From IMG/VR virus record IMGVR_UViG_3300031951_000001, positions 62,001-126,000 of that record: a stretch of DNA of 64,000 bases; one strand, written 5' to 3'. The notes under the pieces are model-generated. The model saw nothing but the letters and a program-made list of their open reading frames with translations. It was not told the origin of the DNA and did not search any database. Position 1 is the first letter of the stretch; every line of letters starts with the position of its first letter. The position numbers were made by a program, and so were the translations under genes. This document shows positions 37,100 to 47,222 of the stretch, piece after piece.

Positions 37100-37399
37100 A
37101 TGGAAATGTTTTATTTCACTTTAGGTGTTCTTACGGTTATTGCTCTGACATTAGTTGGGGTGGTAGTTTTGGGAATGGGTAGAGTTCAAAAGCTCCAAAG
37201 AGAAATGCAGAGTTACAGAGAACAGTACAGATGGGATTTTGAAAATAACCATCGTCGTTTTGATGAACAACAGAGAATAACTCAAGAAAGATTCTCGGAT
37301 TTCTACAGAGATTTTGAAAAACTTCACCAAGAATGTACAAGTTACACGGACAAAAGAATTGATAAATTTATTTATCAATACAAAGAGAAAGAAAGTTAA
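37100..37399 (+). CDS. N-terminal TM plus coiled-coil protein
   Basis: 99 aa; hydrophobic residues 4-26. Confidence 0.65.
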   Translation: MEMFYFTLGVLTVIALTLVGVVVLGMGRVQKLQREMQSYREQYRWDFENNHRRFDEQQRITQERFSDFYRDFEKLHQECTSYTDKRIDKFIYQYKEKES

Positions 37400-37430
37400 A
37401 AAGAAAACCCCTCCGAGTGAGGGGTTTTTT
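37397..37430 (+). repeat. 34-bp direct repeat, copy 1 (stop codon plus bidirectional terminator)
   Basis: TAAAAAGAAAACCCCTCCGAGTGAGGGGTTTTTT, identical to 38517-38550. Confidence 0.9.
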
Positions 37431-37505
37431 ATTATTAAAATATTACAAAAAAGTAATACACATTTGAGGTTTTCACCTTATTTATAGATATAATCCCACC
37501 CAATT

Positions 37506-38519
37506 ATGAAAAAAGAAAAAAAAGTCCTTTTTATATTGAAAAAAAGGCAATCGTCCCACCCAAATTATAGTTCAGTATCGTCTGGATTGTTAAACTCCGC
37601 TAAATTCGTATCAGATATGTTAAACAAAAATGGTATCGAATCGAATTTAGTCGAAGTAAATGATAACAACTGTATTGACAGAGAGGTTACCAAATATAAA
37701 CCAACTCATGTAATTATTGAGGCTCTTTGGGTTGTCCCATCAAAGTTTGAAGTTTTAACAAAACTACATCCTAATGTAAAGTGGATTATAAGATTACATA
37801 GTGATATATCATTTTTGGCAAATGAAGGGATTGCAATTGACTGGATATATCAATACACAAAATATCCGAATGTCATTATATCAGCAAATGATTATGATAC
37901 TAATGAAAATTTTTCAGACCTGACAAATAGAGCTTTTTTATATCTACCAAATTATTACCCTGTAGGATTTTTTAACAAAAATAAACCAAAACCATTCTTC
38001 AAAAAAGAATTAAATATTGGTTGTTTTGGTGCTGTAAGACCACTTAAAAATCAGTTGATACAAGCGGTTGCAGCTATTGATTATGCTGACACCTATGGTA
38101 AAAAATTAAAATTTCACATCAATGTTAAAAGAATTGAAGGAAAGGGTGAGCCGGTATTAAAGAATATTCGAGAACTCTTTAAGAACAACCCAAGACACGA
38201 ATTAATTGAATATAGCTGGTTAACTCACGATGAATTTATTGATGTTGTACAATCTATGGACTTGGGGATGCAGGTTTCATTCACGGAGACTTTTAACATT
38301 GTAACCGCTGATTTTGTAAATAACAATATACCTGTTGTTGTGTCAAAAGAGATACCATGGGTTAGTCGATTGTTCCATGCCAACCCATCAAAGGTTGATA
38401 GTATTGTTAGAAGAATGAGGTTAGCGTTGTTATATCCACACACAAGAGTGTTCAATAAGTTAGGATTGTGGTGGTATTCACTGAAATCAGAAAGAATTTG
38501 GACAAAATACTTTTCATAA
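37506..38519 (+). CDS. GT-B fold glycosyltransferase (GT4-like)
   Basis: IRLHS, FGAVRPLKNQ, SFTETFNIV..D..IPVV. Confidence 0.75.
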   Translation: MKKEKKVLFILKKRQSSHPNYSSVSSGLLNSAKFVSDMLNKNGIESNLVEVNDNNCIDREVTKYKPTHVIIEALWVVPSKFEVLTKLHPNVKWIIRLHSDISFLANEGIAIDWIYQYTKYPNVIISANDYDTNENFSDLTNRAFLYLPNYYPVGFFNKNKPKPFFKKELNIGCFGAVRPLKNQLIQAVAAIDYADTYGKKLKFHINVKRIEGKGEPVLKNIRELFKNNPRHELIEYSWLTHDEFIDVVQSMDLGMQVSFTETFNIVTADFVNNNIPVVVSKEIPWVSRLFHANPSKVDSIVRRMRLALLYPHTRVFNKLGLWWYSLKSERIWTKYFS

Positions 38520-38550
38520 AAAGAAAACCCCTCCGAGTGAGGGGTTTTTT
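38517..38550 (+). repeat. 34-bp direct repeat, copy 2 (terminator between the GT and tmRNA)
   Basis: Identical to 37397-37430. Confidence 0.9.
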
Positions 38551-38557
38551 CTTACGG

Positions 38558-38932
38558 TGGAGGTACGGGGAGTCGAACCCCTTCCTACTCATCTTAACTA
38601 CTAAGCCCTACATGTTTAGGTCAACATCGCTTCTCAATGTTCCGAAATATTGGTTTTTGAGCTCTCAAAACCACAAACGAGTTGTGTTTCTTTTCGGGTA
38701 GAAACCACACCACAGTACGAGCTTCTGTTCCAAGGTTGTATGCTTACCGACCCGTTTTGTATCCCAATCCTAGATTAGGCTACTGAAATGTTCTCTTCAG
38801 TACGGATAAGACCAACTGCAGAGAGTTTGTTGATAACGTTGCCGTTTATCGTGTGAACCAGTTTTACAAGGTTAGTTCAGCCTCGACATGCTCCGAGTAA
38901 TTAACTATGCTAGTCAATTCCAAGTTACCCCC
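38558..38932 (-). ncRNA. ssrA: tmRNA
   Basis: 5' GGGGGTAACTTGGAATTGAC; 3' GGTTCGACTCCCCGTACCTCCA with G3-U70; tag frame 38843-38775 after ATAAAC. Confidence 0.93.
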
Positions 38933-39005
38933 ATATTTCAAATAACGTTCTACAAATATATACATAGTTTATTGGTAATCCAAGTATTTATATAAAAAGT
39001 TTTTA

Positions 39006-40067
39006 ATGGAATTATATCAGGCACTTGTACAATTTCGTGATTCGGATATTGACCCTATGTTTGTTAGGGAGGCGGATGATGACAATGTTGTTAAAATAAT
39101 CAAAGTTGCTAAAAATAGAGGTAAATCTTTGGTTGAGCTACGTTTTACCGAAGAGGAGTTTATGAAAATTTTTATTGACGATAAAAATGAATACGGTAAT
39201 AATAGTGCGGTAATTGCCGCTTGTGAAAATAAATATTCAAGTAATTTATTTGTCGACTCATATTGGGGTAGGGACGAAATGAAAGGAGGTTATCCATTTC
39301 ATTATTTTAATGAAGAAAATATGCAGTTATTAAGAAATATTTTAAAATTAGTTAATCCATCACTCGCTAATTTTAACCTTGGTAATACAGAAGACGCTGG
39401 TGCTTTTTTTTCTAGAGTTTTTGAAAGGGAATCTGATGATATTGCGGATTACTATGCGGATTATTATGATGAGGCGCTTAAGGCCGGGTGTTTGGATTAT
39501 GTGAATCGAAAATTATGTGGAAAGTTTGACAATTATGGTATTATGGAAAAAAGTTGTCGAGAACATTATGTAACAACAGTAGATTTTTTAATTGATTTTT
39601 GGGACTCTACAGGAACACCACATGATGAAAGTATTATAGAAATGTTTAAAAATTTTGTATCTAAAAATAATTTGGAGTTTGATGAAGATTTATGGGAGGA
39701 CTATTGGGATTATTGGAGCAGTAATAATTGGGATGGAGATTCATTTAATAAAGAGGTTGATAGAATTTTGGTTAGATTATATGATAGATTAACCGAAGAC
39801 ATGGAACCCGAAGAATTGGAAAACATGAAAAAGGTCTATGTTATGTTGGATAAATTAAATGTTCAAATTGGAAATTGGAGTACATTCCCAAAACAAAAAA
39901 CATTTGGTAAAACGGACCCAAACAAGATTTTTCAAGTTTCTGATTTTGAAGATGGTAAAATAAAAGTTCTTTATAAAAAAGATAAAGGTAACTTTTACGG
40001 TGTGGAAAAAATGTTAATTCCTATAGAAGATTTTGCCAATTTCTTATATCACCCAGAATTATTCTAA
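39006..40067 (+). CDS. hypothetical protein
   Basis: 353 aa, rich in acidic and aromatic residues; TATTTAT upstream. Confidence 0.7.
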   Translation: MELYQALVQFRDSDIDPMFVREADDDNVVKIIKVAKNRGKSLVELRFTEEEFMKIFIDDKNEYGNNSAVIAACENKYSSNLFVDSYWGRDEMKGGYPFHYFNEENMQLLRNILKLVNPSLANFNLGNTEDAGAFFSRVFERESDDIADYYADYYDEALKAGCLDYVNRKLCGKFDNYGIMEKSCREHYVTTVDFLIDFWDSTGTPHDESIIEMFKNFVSKNNLEFDEDLWEDYWDYWSSNNWDGDSFNKEVDRILVRLYDRLTEDMEPEELENMKKVYVMLDKLNVQIGNWSTFPKQKTFGKTDPNKIFQVSDFEDGKIKVLYKKDKGNFYGVEKMLIPIEDFANFLYHPELF

Positions 40068-40109
40068 ATAAATTTTATTTATAAACAATCTTGACCTATC
40101 TTTGTCATT

Positions 40110-40934
40110 ATGACAAGAGACCTAAATTTACTTAAATCAGTTTTATCTGTGCCAACCAAAACTTATCAAGAGGAATTGATGATTGAGTTTTTGATTGATT
40201 GGTTAGAACGAAACAACATTGAATATTCGGTAGACGAACATTGGAATGTTTATGCGACCAAAGGTGAAGTTGATGAGCATTCTTACTATCCTTGCGTTGT
40301 TGCTCACACAGATACCGTACATAACATTGATGTAATCAATATACGTGAGGAGGAATTAAAGAACGCACAAGGTCAGATTCGACCATCTTTGAAGGCGTAT
40401 AATGACTTTGGAAAACCAACTGGTATTGGTGGTGATAATAAGTGTGGAGTTTTTGCTTGTTTGGAATTGTTAAAAGAACTTCCCGTATTAAAGGCGGCAT
40501 TTTTTGTATCAGAAGAAACAGGTTGTCACGGCTCAAGAAAGGCGGACCCAAATTTCTTTGAAAACGTAGGATACGCAATTCAATTCGATGCTCCATTCAA
40601 TTGGATGGTCACTGAATACAGCATGGGAGTTAAATTGTTTGATAAGTCAGACGATTTCTTCAAGAAATGTGATGAAGTCCTGAATGAATCATTTGAAGGA
40701 CGACAAAAATATGGGTCACACCCATACACCGATGTATATGCCTTGAGAAGCAAGTTTGATTTTTCTTGTATCAATATCTCAATCGGATATTATGATTATC
40801 ACACACCTGAAGAATATGTTGTAATCGAAGATGTATTCAGTGGAATTGATGCTGGTAAAAAAATGATTGAAAAATTGGGTAACAAAAAACACAAGGCCTC
40901 AATTGTAAAAGAAAAACAATTTTTGCTTTTTTAG
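40110..40934 (+). CDS. M20/M28-clan zinc peptidase-like protein
   Basis: VAHTDTVH, GGDNKCG, SEETGC, QFD, GYYDYHT.EE. Confidence 0.8.
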   Translation: MTRDLNLLKSVLSVPTKTYQEELMIEFLIDWLERNNIEYSVDEHWNVYATKGEVDEHSYYPCVVAHTDTVHNIDVINIREEELKNAQGQIRPSLKAYNDFGKPTGIGGDNKCGVFACLELLKELPVLKAAFFVSEETGCHGSRKADPNFFENVGYAIQFDAPFNWMVTEYSMGVKLFDKSDDFFKKCDEVLNESFEGRQKYGSHPYTDVYALRSKFDFSCINISIGYYDYHTPEEYVVIEDVFSGIDAGKKMIEKLGNKKHKASIVKEKQFLLF

Positions 40935-40957
40935 GATATTTATTAAAAAAAAATATC

Positions 40958-41347
40958 ATGGCAAAAGTTATTAAACTCACAGAAGCGGATTTAGAAAATA
41001 TTGTAAGAAAAGTAATAGAGGAACAAGAAACCCAAGAAGGTGTTTTTGACCCTTTGGTTAATGCGGCTCAAGGTCTAAAAGGCGTTTGGAGAGGAGAAGG
41101 ATATGACTACTTCAAATATTTGAGCTCATTGAGAGGTTTAACTCGTAAGTTAAAAAAACTTGATGCTCCGAATGTTAAAATAATGACTCAATTAACCGAT
41201 TTGAAAAATAAGGTTACCGTTTCAAAAATGCCAACCGATAAAAAACAAAATCTTATAAATACAATAGATAAAGCGATAGCTCATTTTAACGCCTATTCCG
41301 GATTGATTAATACAATAGAACAGTTAGCATCACAAAAATTAGCATAA
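40958..41347 (+). CDS. hypothetical protein with IKLTEADL leader
   Basis: MAKVIKLTEADLENIVRKVIEEQ. Confidence 0.7.
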   Translation: MAKVIKLTEADLENIVRKVIEEQETQEGVFDPLVNAAQGLKGVWRGEGYDYFKYLSSLRGLTRKLKKLDAPNVKIMTQLTDLKNKVTVSKMPTDKKQNLINTIDKAIAHFNAYSGLINTIEQLASQKLA

Positions 41348-41358
41348 AAAAAGGGGTC

Positions 41359-43389
41359 TTATGACCCCTTCTTCTTTCTTACCTTTTTAGTCTCGATAAT
41401 TTTGACATTACCTTCTTCCGCGACTAACTCATATTCCTTTTCTTCGGATATGTTTCCTTTTAATACTTCTTCAGAAATATAATCTTCTATTTTATCTTGG
41501 ATTGCCCTTTTAAGTGGACGAGCTCCATATGTTTCATCAAAACCAACTTCAGATATTAAATCGATAATTGAATCCGTGAAATTAATTTGATATTTCAAAC
41601 CACTTAATCTTTTAGATAATTTATTCAATTCAATTTTAACAATCTCGGCAATTTGTTCTTTCTTGAGATTATTGAAGACAATTATTTCATCGATTCGGTT
41701 AAGGAATTCAGGTGCGAAGAATTTCTTCAATTCTTTTTTCAATATATCCCTTTTGTATTCTTCTTCAATGTACGTATTTGTTCCAGATTTAAATCCAATC
41801 CCCGTACCAAAATCTTGTAACATTTTAGCCCCAATGTTTGAGGTCATAATAATGACACAATTCTTGAAGTTGATTTTTCTACCCAAACCATCGGTGATAT
41901 GACCATCATCCAATACTTGTAACAGTGCTGAAAAAATATCTTTGTTTGCCTTTTCAATTTCGTCAAACAATACCACAGAATAAGGTTTGTTTTTCACTTG
42001 TTCTGTAAGTTGTCCTCCTTCATCATAACCAACATATCCGGGAGGAGCTCCAATCAAACGAGAGATTGTATGTTTTTCTTGGAATTCAGACATATCAACT
42101 CTGATAAGGCTGTCCTCACTACCAAATATTTCTTTGGCAAGTTGTTTTGCGAGTAATGTTTTACCAACACCAGTAGAGCCCAAGAATATAAATGACCCAA
42201 TTGGTTTGTTAGGGTCCTTGATACCCAAACGATTTCTTCTGATTGATTTTGAAATTTTGATTACCGCTTCTTCTTGACCAATAACTTTTCCTGAAAGATT
42301 TTTCTCTAATTCTGTCAGTAATTTTGTTTCATCGGAGTTTAGTTTTGAGATTGGAATTTTGGTCATATTTGATACAACCTCATATACCAATTCTTCGGTC
42401 ACATCTCGTTTTGATAACAACAAATCACTCTCAAATTTCTTTTTCTCATCTTCAAGTTTTGATAGGATTTTCTTTTCCTTATCTCTCAAATTTGCGGCTT
42501 CCTCATAGTTTTGTTTTTTAACAACATCTAACTTTTGTTGTTTAATATCTTGAGCCTGCTTCTTCAAATCATCAATAATCTCCGGCATCTTAATCTCAAC
42601 TTGACTACGAGCACCAACTTCATCAATGATGTCAAAGGCTTTATCAGGAAACTCACGGTCTGTAATATATCGTTCGGCCAAATCAACGCACAAACTTAAA
42701 ATTGGGTCTGAATATGATACTTTGTGATATGTTTCATATTTGTCCTTTGTATTTTTTAGAATTTGAAGTGTTTCGGCCTTTGTTGCGGCATCCACGACAA
42801 CCTTTTGGAAACGACGCTCAAGGGCCCCATCCTTTTCAAAGTTTTTACGATATTCATCATTGGTTGTTGCCCCAACACATTGAATTTCTCCACGAGCAAG
42901 TGCCGGTTTGAAGATATTGGAAGCATCTAATGACCCCGACGAGTTACCGGCTCCTACAATAGTGTGAATTTCGTCAATGAAGACAATAATATTTGGATTA
43001 CTTTGTAACTCCTCAATAATCACCTTCATACGTTCTTCAAACTGACCACGATACTTTGTACCGGCAACAATTGAAGTCATATCTAAAGATACAATTCTTT
43101 TGTCCTGTAGATTTCTTGGGCAATCTCCTTCAAAGATTTTAATTGCTAATCCTTCGACAATTGCGGTTTTACCACAACCTGGCTCACCAATGATAATTGG
43201 ATTGTTCTTTTTTCTTCTTGAAAGAATTTGAGCTATCCTTGTTATTTCTCGTTCTCTACCGACCACAGGGTCAATTTTACCTTGTTCTGCAAGTTTAATT
43301 AAATCCCTACTAAAATTATCTAGTACAGGGGTACCACTATCACTAGTTTGTTTTGATTTTTTTCCATCATTATCCGCAGATTCTATCAT
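41359..43389 (-). CDS. ClpC/ClpB-family AAA+ ATPase lacking the Clp N-domain
   Basis: Walker A GEPGCGKT and GSTGVGKT; FIDEIH; UVR-like YEEAANLRD; GAPPGYVGY; GARPL. Confidence 0.93.
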   Translation of the reverse strand: MIESADNDGKKSKQTSDSGTPVLDNFSRDLIKLAEQGKIDPVVGREREITRIAQILSRRKKNNPIIIGEPGCGKTAIVEGLAIKIFEGDCPRNLQDKRIVSLDMTSIVAGTKYRGQFEERMKVIIEELQSNPNIIVFIDEIHTIVGAGNSSGSLDASNIFKPALARGEIQCVGATTNDEYRKNFEKDGALERRFQKVVVDAATKAETLQILKNTKDKYETYHKVSYSDPILSLCVDLAERYITDREFPDKAFDIIDEVGARSQVEIKMPEIIDDLKKQAQDIKQQKLDVVKKQNYEEAANLRDKEKKILSKLEDEKKKFESDLLLSKRDVTEELVYEVVSNMTKIPISKLNSDETKLLTELEKNLSGKVIGQEEAVIKISKSIRRNRLGIKDPNKPIGSFIFLGSTGVGKTLLAKQLAKEIFGSEDSLIRVDMSEFQEKHTISRLIGAPPGYVGYDEGGQLTEQVKNKPYSVVLFDEIEKANKDIFSALLQVLDDGHITDGLGRKINFKNCVIIMTSNIGAKMLQDFGTGIGFKSGTNTYIEEEYKRDILKKELKKFFAPEFLNRIDEIIVFNNLKKEQIAEIVKIELNKLSKRLSGLKYQINFTDSIIDLISEVGFDETYGARPLKRAIQDKIEDYISEEVLKGNISEEKEYELVAEEGNVKIIETKKVRKKKGS

Positions 43390-43436
43390 AACTGTTTTTT
43401 TTCTAATAATAACCATTATTTTTTAAAAAAAAAGTT

Positions 43437-43679
43437 ATGGCAATACTCAAAGAAGAAATTATTGGTACAAAGATTATCAACGAGATTCAGTCAAGTAATA
43501 TTAAGAAGACCGAATATGATACTGAAACTAAAAATTTATTGGTGACATTCAATAATGGAGCAATATACGAATATCAGGAAGTACCTCACCAACTTTATAC
43601 TCAATTTAGGATGAGCGAGTCACAAGGTAAGTTTTTTAGTGGAAAAATTGCAAAGGCGTTTAAATACAAAAAATTCTAA
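43437..43679 (+). CDS. KTSC domain protein
   Basis: SSNI..YD..L.VTFNNGAIYEYQEVP..SQGKFF. Confidence 0.85.
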   Translation: MAILKEEIIGTKIINEIQSSNIKKTEYDTETKNLLVTFNNGAIYEYQEVPHQLYTQFRMSESQGKFFSGKIAKAFKYKKF

Positions 43680-43709
43680 CAATTAACTCAACTCAAATAT
43701 TTATGAGTG

Positions 43710-45923
43710 ATGAGTAATTTAAAAAAGATTTTATCAAGTTTTAAGGTTAGAGAATCTTTAAATCCTAAAATTTGGAAAAAAATTGATGGTACGGTTAAAA
43801 TGAATCCAGAAGTTAGGGCAGCCCTTTTGGATATTGCTAATGATTTTATAGAGTACCTTAAAGTTGAAATTGTGGTTACGGATGTAATCATGACGGGGTC
43901 TTTGGCTAATTTTAATTGGTCAAGTTTCTCTGATATTGATTTACACATAGTTGCTGATTTCAGTCAATTTCCTGAAGAACAATTGGACCTTTACAAAGAA
44001 CTTTTTAATCTAAAAAAAACTTTATACAACGACAAACATGATATAACTATTTTTGGTTATGACGTTGAGTTATATGTTCAGAACGAAACCGAATCTCACT
44101 TTAGTAGTGGAGTTTATTCCGTTTTATTTGATGAGTGGTCAAACAAACCAAAAAAAGAAAATGTAAAAATTGATACATCATTGATTAAAACAAAAACAAA
44201 TCAATGGATGGATATTATCGATGGAGTTATTGAGAATGTATCTGACGAACCGATTGATAAGGCAAAACAAATCATCAAAAAATATAAAGACAAACTTAAA
44301 AAATATAGAACTTGCGGTCTTGAAAAACAGGGTGAATATTCTGATGAAAATCTAGTCTTTAAGGCTTTAAGAAGAAATGGGTATATTGAAAAATTACACA
44401 GTTTTGAAGACAAACTTATCGACAAAACTTACACTCTAAAAGAGGCTTCCACATCGATTGGAGGACCATTCAAAACAGATATTGAGAATGGTCCATCAAA
44501 TCACTCCAAAAGAGCATTTGGTAATTGGCAGTCAGATAACGCTTGGGACATATTTGCCCCTCCTGGTAGTGTGGTAAATTCTTACACTGAAGGTAAAGTG
44601 ACTAAAATAAGAAATACTAATAAAAGGTCAGGAAAAGTTTTCGGAACCCAAGTTAGTATTAAAGGCACTGGAGAATATCCTGATATATTTTACACTCACT
44701 TAAAGAATGTAAAACTTAAACCTGGTGATACAGTAAGATTAGGTGATTATATTGGTGAAGTCACAGAATGGTGTAAGGACGAATCATGTAAGGAAATGCA
44801 TGGAGGAACTCACGTACATTTAGGACTTCCAAAAGGAAGACATTTAAGAGAGTTACTTACTAATTCTGATAAAATATTTACGGGAAGCGAGTCTTCATCA
44901 CCATCGAAGGAAGATTCCACCGGACTAGAAATAACACCATCAAAAGAATTATCTGGAACTGAGGAAGTAAATTTTGAAAATTTTGTAGATAAGTTATCTC
45001 AACTGAAAAATTTAATCAAACCTCTAAAAAACCTAAAATCTGAGGGGTCATCGATACCATTTGATTCAAACGTTGAAACATTACAAACCGCTTTACAAAT
45101 TTTAGGTTTTTCACTGCCAAAATGGGGTGTGGATGGTAAGTTTGGTAATGAAACAGAAGCGGCTGTTAAAAAATATCAACAGTCCATTGGGTTAGAAGAA
45201 ACAGGAATAATATCACCATATGATATTGAAAAATTGGTTTCTTTGGTATCGACTACAATAGAAAAGAATCCAGATGCGGTTGGTGATGTACAAAAAACTA
45301 AGGTGGAAACTATGCCTGATGGGCCAAAACCGAATGAAATGTCACCTTCTGAAGTATCATCTACTTCAGATAATGAGTATGCGATAATTAGACCTAATGG
45401 ATACAAAGGAAATAGAGTTCACGTATTATTTGGAGGTGCTCACACTTCAGGTTATTCCCCAAATAGTGCTAAACCACAAAATATTAGAAAATATATTGGT
45501 GTAATGACACCTTATGCAAATAATATTATTATTGTTGTAACTCATCACCAAAACACTTTGGCAAATGTTAGACAATATGTTAAAGAAAAATTTGGTGGAA
45601 TTGTTACGTCTATCGCCGGATTTTCACAAGGAGGCAAGGAAGCTTGGGAACATGCTGACGACAGTACTTTGAGTTTGGTTGGTTTGATTGACCCATCAAC
45701 TTATGAGACAGGTTTAACTTTTGGTTCAAATACTATTCTTTATTGTGACCCTAAAAATTGGGGAACTTCAGGTTTTTATGGTCAAACTAGAAAAAGACTT
45801 GAATGGTATTGTGCGAACAAAAATCAATATGCTGGGCGAGTAGTATGCTTCAATAAAGGAGGTACTCACATGAATTTCGAGATATTAAAATCTTTTTACA
45901 GTCAATACGGAGGTAAGATGTAA
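43710..45923 (+). CDS. multidomain fusion: nucleotidyltransferase + M23-like + PG-binding + alpha/beta hydrolase
   Basis: GSLANFNWSSFSDIDLH; FYTHL..THVHLG; LQTALQILG..VDGKFGNETEAAVKKYQ; AGFSQGG. Confidence 0.75.
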   Translation: MSNLKKILSSFKVRESLNPKIWKKIDGTVKMNPEVRAALLDIANDFIEYLKVEIVVTDVIMTGSLANFNWSSFSDIDLHIVADFSQFPEEQLDLYKELFNLKKTLYNDKHDITIFGYDVELYVQNETESHFSSGVYSVLFDEWSNKPKKENVKIDTSLIKTKTNQWMDIIDGVIENVSDEPIDKAKQIIKKYKDKLKKYRTCGLEKQGEYSDENLVFKALRRNGYIEKLHSFEDKLIDKTYTLKEASTSIGGPFKTDIENGPSNHSKRAFGNWQSDNAWDIFAPPGSVVNSYTEGKVTKIRNTNKRSGKVFGTQVSIKGTGEYPDIFYTHLKNVKLKPGDTVRLGDYIGEVTEWCKDESCKEMHGGTHVHLGLPKGRHLRELLTNSDKIFTGSESSSPSKEDSTGLEITPSKELSGTEEVNFENFVDKLSQLKNLIKPLKNLKSEGSSIPFDSNVETLQTALQILGFSLPKWGVDGKFGNETEAAVKKYQQSIGLEETGIISPYDIEKLVSLVSTTIEKNPDAVGDVQKTKVETMPDGPKPNEMSPSEVSSTSDNEYAIIRPNGYKGNRVHVLFGGAHTSGYSPNSAKPQNIRKYIGVMTPYANNIIIVVTHHQNTLANVRQYVKEKFGGIVTSIAGFSQGGKEAWEHADDSTLSLVGLIDPSTYETGLTFGSNTILYCDPKNWGTSGFYGQTRKRLEWYCANKNQYAGRVVCFNKGGTHMNFEILKSFYSQYGGKM

Positions 45924-45980
45924 AAAAATTTTCATAAAACTGATATATTTATATAAAAATAATTTACACAAAAAAATAAC

Positions 45981-47222
45981 ATGGGAAAATTAAAGCCTAT
46001 TGGAAGTGAAAAACTTCAGGGTATGGACAAAATCAATCGTATGATTGAGATTGCTAGATACAAAGAAAACATACCAAATCCAATCAATGAAGATGCTTCT
46101 GTTGAGTACAAAAAAGTTTTACCTGACGGACATACTTACCGAATTGATAAGGAGAAGAATGGTTATGTAATCGTTAAAGGACTTAATGAGTCTGAAATGG
46201 ATTATATTGAACCAATGAAAAATAGAAAATATTATTCTTCATACTCGCAAGCATTCAAGAGATTGAACTTAATCACCAAAGAAGTTAATAGTTTGGTGGG
46301 TAACGAAAAAAATGTTTCATTGTTCAATGAAGGTGATGAGAAGAAGGATAAAACAAAATATTTCCTGAAAATGGAACAAGCTCCTCCCACCGCGGCTCCC
46401 GCACCGGCACCTGCTCCGGCACCTGCTCCGGCGCCTGCGGAAGTACCGGCTGAAGAACCAGCTCCTGAAATGCCAGAGGAACCAATGGAACCTGAAATGG
46501 ATGCGGAGACTGAAATGGGTGATGAACAAGATGAAGAGATTGTAACTTTCAAAACCATTCAGAAATTAACAGGTAAGTTGGCTCAAAAAATTAGAACACT
46601 TGCGGCTGACGAGGAAAACCCAATGTCATCAAAAGACATTAAGTATGTAATTAATTCTGTTTTATCAGCATTTGATTTGAATTTATTGGATGAAGAAGAC
46701 AGAGATGAAATCATGGGTAAATTCGAAGGTGAAGAAATGGCAGGTGATGAGATGGGAATGGAAGATATGGGTGATATGGGTGATGAAGAAATGCCTGCGG
46801 ATGAAATGGGGGCTGAAGAAATACCTGCGGAAATGATGGAGATGTTTGATGAATATGAATCAGAAGCTCCTGAAGAACCAAGAATGGCTAAAATCAAAGG
46901 TCTTGATGACAAACATTCGTTTGGGGTTGAGGACATGATTGAAGGTTTGTTTAGTGAGTCGAAAGTTGACCAAATCCTGAAAAAATATTTCAATGTAAGT
47001 GAAACTGAAAAAGTAATCACTGAACAAAAGAAAGATAGAAAAAAAGAAATGATTTGGAAAATTAATCAGTTGAGTGAAAATGTGGAACAAGAAGTTATCT
47101 CACGTAAATTGATTAACAAATTTTCTGACGCTAAATTACTTGGCAGAACAAAGAAAAAAGATTTAGTTTTTGAAATAAATGAATCAAAAGTTAGAGTAAC
47201 CCCAAAAGGTGAAATTCTATGA
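45981..47222 (+). CDS. acidic hypothetical protein with Pro-Ala linker
   Basis: 413 aa; (PA)n and E/M/D-rich tracts; several INE/LNE/ITE/LSE motifs. Confidence 0.7.
   Translation: MGKLKPIGSEKLQGMDKINRMIEIARYKENIPNPINEDASVEYKKVLPDGHTYRIDKEKNGYVIVKGLNESEMDYIEPMKNRKYYSSYSQAFKRLNLITKEVNSLVGNEKNVSLFNEGDEKKDKTKYFLKMEQAPPTAAPAPAPAPAPAPAPAEVPAEEPAPEMPEEPMEPEMDAETEMGDEQDEEIVTFKTIQKLTGKLAQKIRTLAADEENPMSSKDIKYVINSVLSAFDLNLLDEEDRDEIMGKFEGEEMAGDEMGMEDMGDMGDEEMPADEMGAEEIPAEMMEMFDEYESEAPEEPRMAKIKGLDDKHSFGVEDMIEGLFSESKVDQILKKYFNVSETEKVITEQKKDRKKEMIWKINQLSENVEQEVISRKLINKFSDAKLLGRTKKKDLVFEINESKVRVTPKGEIL

Noticed and set aside
38468-38701. 77-aa plus-strand ORF
   Set aside because: Crosses a terminator and is antisense to tmRNA.
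46381-46440. Pro-Ala repeat, and Pro/Gly tracts in the portal tail, as repeat elements
   Set aside because: Ordinary low-complexity in-frame linkers.
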